DNA from: Chrysomallon squamiferum
Lineage: Eukaryota > Animalia > Mollusca
DNA length: 64,000 nucleotides
Assembly: GCA_012295275.1 (NCBI GenBank)
Contig: CM022676.1
Span: 18,600,001-18,664,000, forward strand
Reading direction: 5' to 3'
Positions 62,157 through 64,000 of the stretch are shown here, piece by piece (the first letter of the stretch is position 1; every line of letters starts with the position of its first letter). Made by a program: the position numbers and the translations under genes. The notes under the pieces were generated by a model. That model did no database searches. It was not told where the DNA came from and saw only the letters and a list, made by a program, of their open reading frames with translations.

Positions 62157-62850
62157 TGTTATCATTATCAATACTTTTTCTTTTTTCTTTCTTTTATTCC
62201 TTCCTTCCATTTTTAAACTTCCATTTCATTCTTACATGCAAATTCATCTTTCTCAAACCAGCTTTTCATGTTCTGACAAATCACTTAGCAGCTGACAAAT
62301 TTCAAAAATAGCTGTACCAGTCTGCCCCTTTCAAAATCTACCAAATGTTATCAGAGATTAAAAAATACATATTTTTAAATCTTTTTTTTATATTTTATTA
62401 TTTTTAAATTTATAGTTAACAAAGAATTTGCACCACAGATTGAAATGTACTTAAAAGATAAAAAGAAAAAAAAAAAAAAAAAAAAATTCTTCTCTTTTTA
62501 TATTTTGTTCATTTTAAATTTATTGTTAACAGAGTATATACTCCACTGAAACGGGGTTGTATTTAATGTTGATTAATGATAAATTTGGGTGTTGTCCTAG
62601 ATGTTAAACACTGAGCTGCAGTTCAGAGCTGTTGATGGGATACAGCTGATCACAGGATCAAATTACCACAGTGGCCTGGCTTAGCTGTTTCCCGTTCCAC
62701 CCAGTACTATTGTATTTACAGACAAGCTGTTTGCTTCACTTTGTGGTGTTGTTGTTGCTGATGTTGGAACAATAATAATAATATTGTTATTATTAGTAGT
62801 AGTATTGTTACTACTATGAATTACTACTACTACTAATAATAATAATGATA

Positions 62851-62907
<57 letters not shown>

Positions 62908-62989
62908 AAATAATTCCAAATAAATTATGTGAATATTTTTTCTTCAGTTAATATTTAAAAATCGCCATGCAAAAACGAAACAACCAGTG

Positions 62990-63310
62990 CCACAGTTCCC
63001 AGCCCTGTGACATCACAGATATTACGTAACAACCATGTGTCCATGACAACGGCACTTACTGAGATAACGTTTGCCTAGTTAGTTCCTTCACACTGATCCC
63101 CCTGACCTGTGCATACCCCTCCTACCAGCCTGGTGGTTAACTAGCGCCATCTGGTGGGACTATCAGGGGAATTTGGGATATCTGAGAGCAGCAGACGCCC
63201 AGTCGCCGATGGCAACCATGCACGTGTTCTACATCACACACAGTGACATGTTTCATACGTATCTGGGTATTGTTCCTGGCAAGCCAGACAACTAGGGGGC
63301 CCTGTTTGGG
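62990..63310. promoter_or_regulatory. Insulator/promoter-like island: divergent CTCF motifs, RFX X-boxes, bZIP sites and E-box
   Basis: Minus-strand CCACCAGATGGCGCTA within 63142-63159. Plus-strand CAACTAGGGGGCCC within 63287-63303. GTCGCC-GAT-GGCAAC at 63202-63216. GTGTCCATGACAAC at 63037-63050. TTACGTAA at 63022. CACGTG at 63221. Confidence 0.6.
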
Positions 63311-63398
63311 TTAGGTTATCTAAGTGTGTATTGTCTTGTTTTCTTCTTTTGAGGCTTCAAGTGGGTTCTTTTTTATTTTTTTTTTTTTTTTCTTTTAA

Positions 63399-63435
<37 letters not shown>

Positions 63436-63479
63436 CTCTTTTATTTTTCATTATTTTTTTCTTTTTCTTATATATATAT

Positions 63480-63510
<31 letters not shown>

Positions 63511-63649
63511 AAATTATTTTATTTTAAATTTAATTTTCTTTATTATTATTTTTTTTTTTTATTTTTTTTTTTTGGGGAGGCTATGGCAAACTATTTTGAT
63601 TTCCTTTTTTTTCCTTTTCTTCTTCTTCATAGGTCTAGTAGTAGTAACA

Positions 63650-64000
63650 CTACTACTACTACAAATACAACTACTACTACAAATACAGCTACTACTACCA
63701 CTACAAATACAAAACTACAACTACAAATACAACAACTACTACTACTACAAATACAACTACTACTACTACAAATACAGCTACTACTACAAATACAGCTACT
63801 ACTACCACTACAAATACAACTACTACTACAACTACAAATACAACAACTACTACTACTACAAATACAACTACTACTACTACTACAAATACAGCTACTACTA
63901 CCACTACAAATACAACTACTACTACAACTACTACTACTACTACCACTAAAAATACAACTACTACTACTACTACAAATACTACTACTACTACTACTACAAA
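63650..64000. repeat. (AAATACAA/G-(CTA)n) compound repeat running off the window end
   Basis: Seen directly. Confidence 0.9.

Overview
This window is AT-rich, CpG-depleted animal DNA, packed with microsatellites ((GA)n, (CA)n, (AAT)n, (TATG)n) and at least 15 unrelated minisatellite or satellite arrays. The composition resembles a mollusc or cephalopod genome, which is a low-confidence inference. I recognise no protein-coding exon, rRNA, tRNA, transposase or CRISPR locus; most listed ORFs are repeat translations and the rest have no recognisable product. About 20 short high-complexity islands (0.2-0.9 kb, often retaining CpG) look like cis-regulatory elements of a very large intron or gene desert. 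They include a divergent CTCF pair with RFX boxes (~63.0-63.3 kb), a duplicated 4x CCAAT module (~36.3-36.7 kb) and a promoter/first-exon candidate ending at a GTAAGT donor (32875). The most unusual structure is at 41151-41761: seven copies of a conserved 14-mer (TGTGGCAGTCCTCT) separated by diverged spacers, several of which appear to fold into stem-loops, just downstream of a + strand splice acceptor. Also notable are a ~94% identical 98-bp inverted repeat pair 4.1 kb apart and several candidate non-coding exons and microexons. All functional calls are motif-based and unverified.
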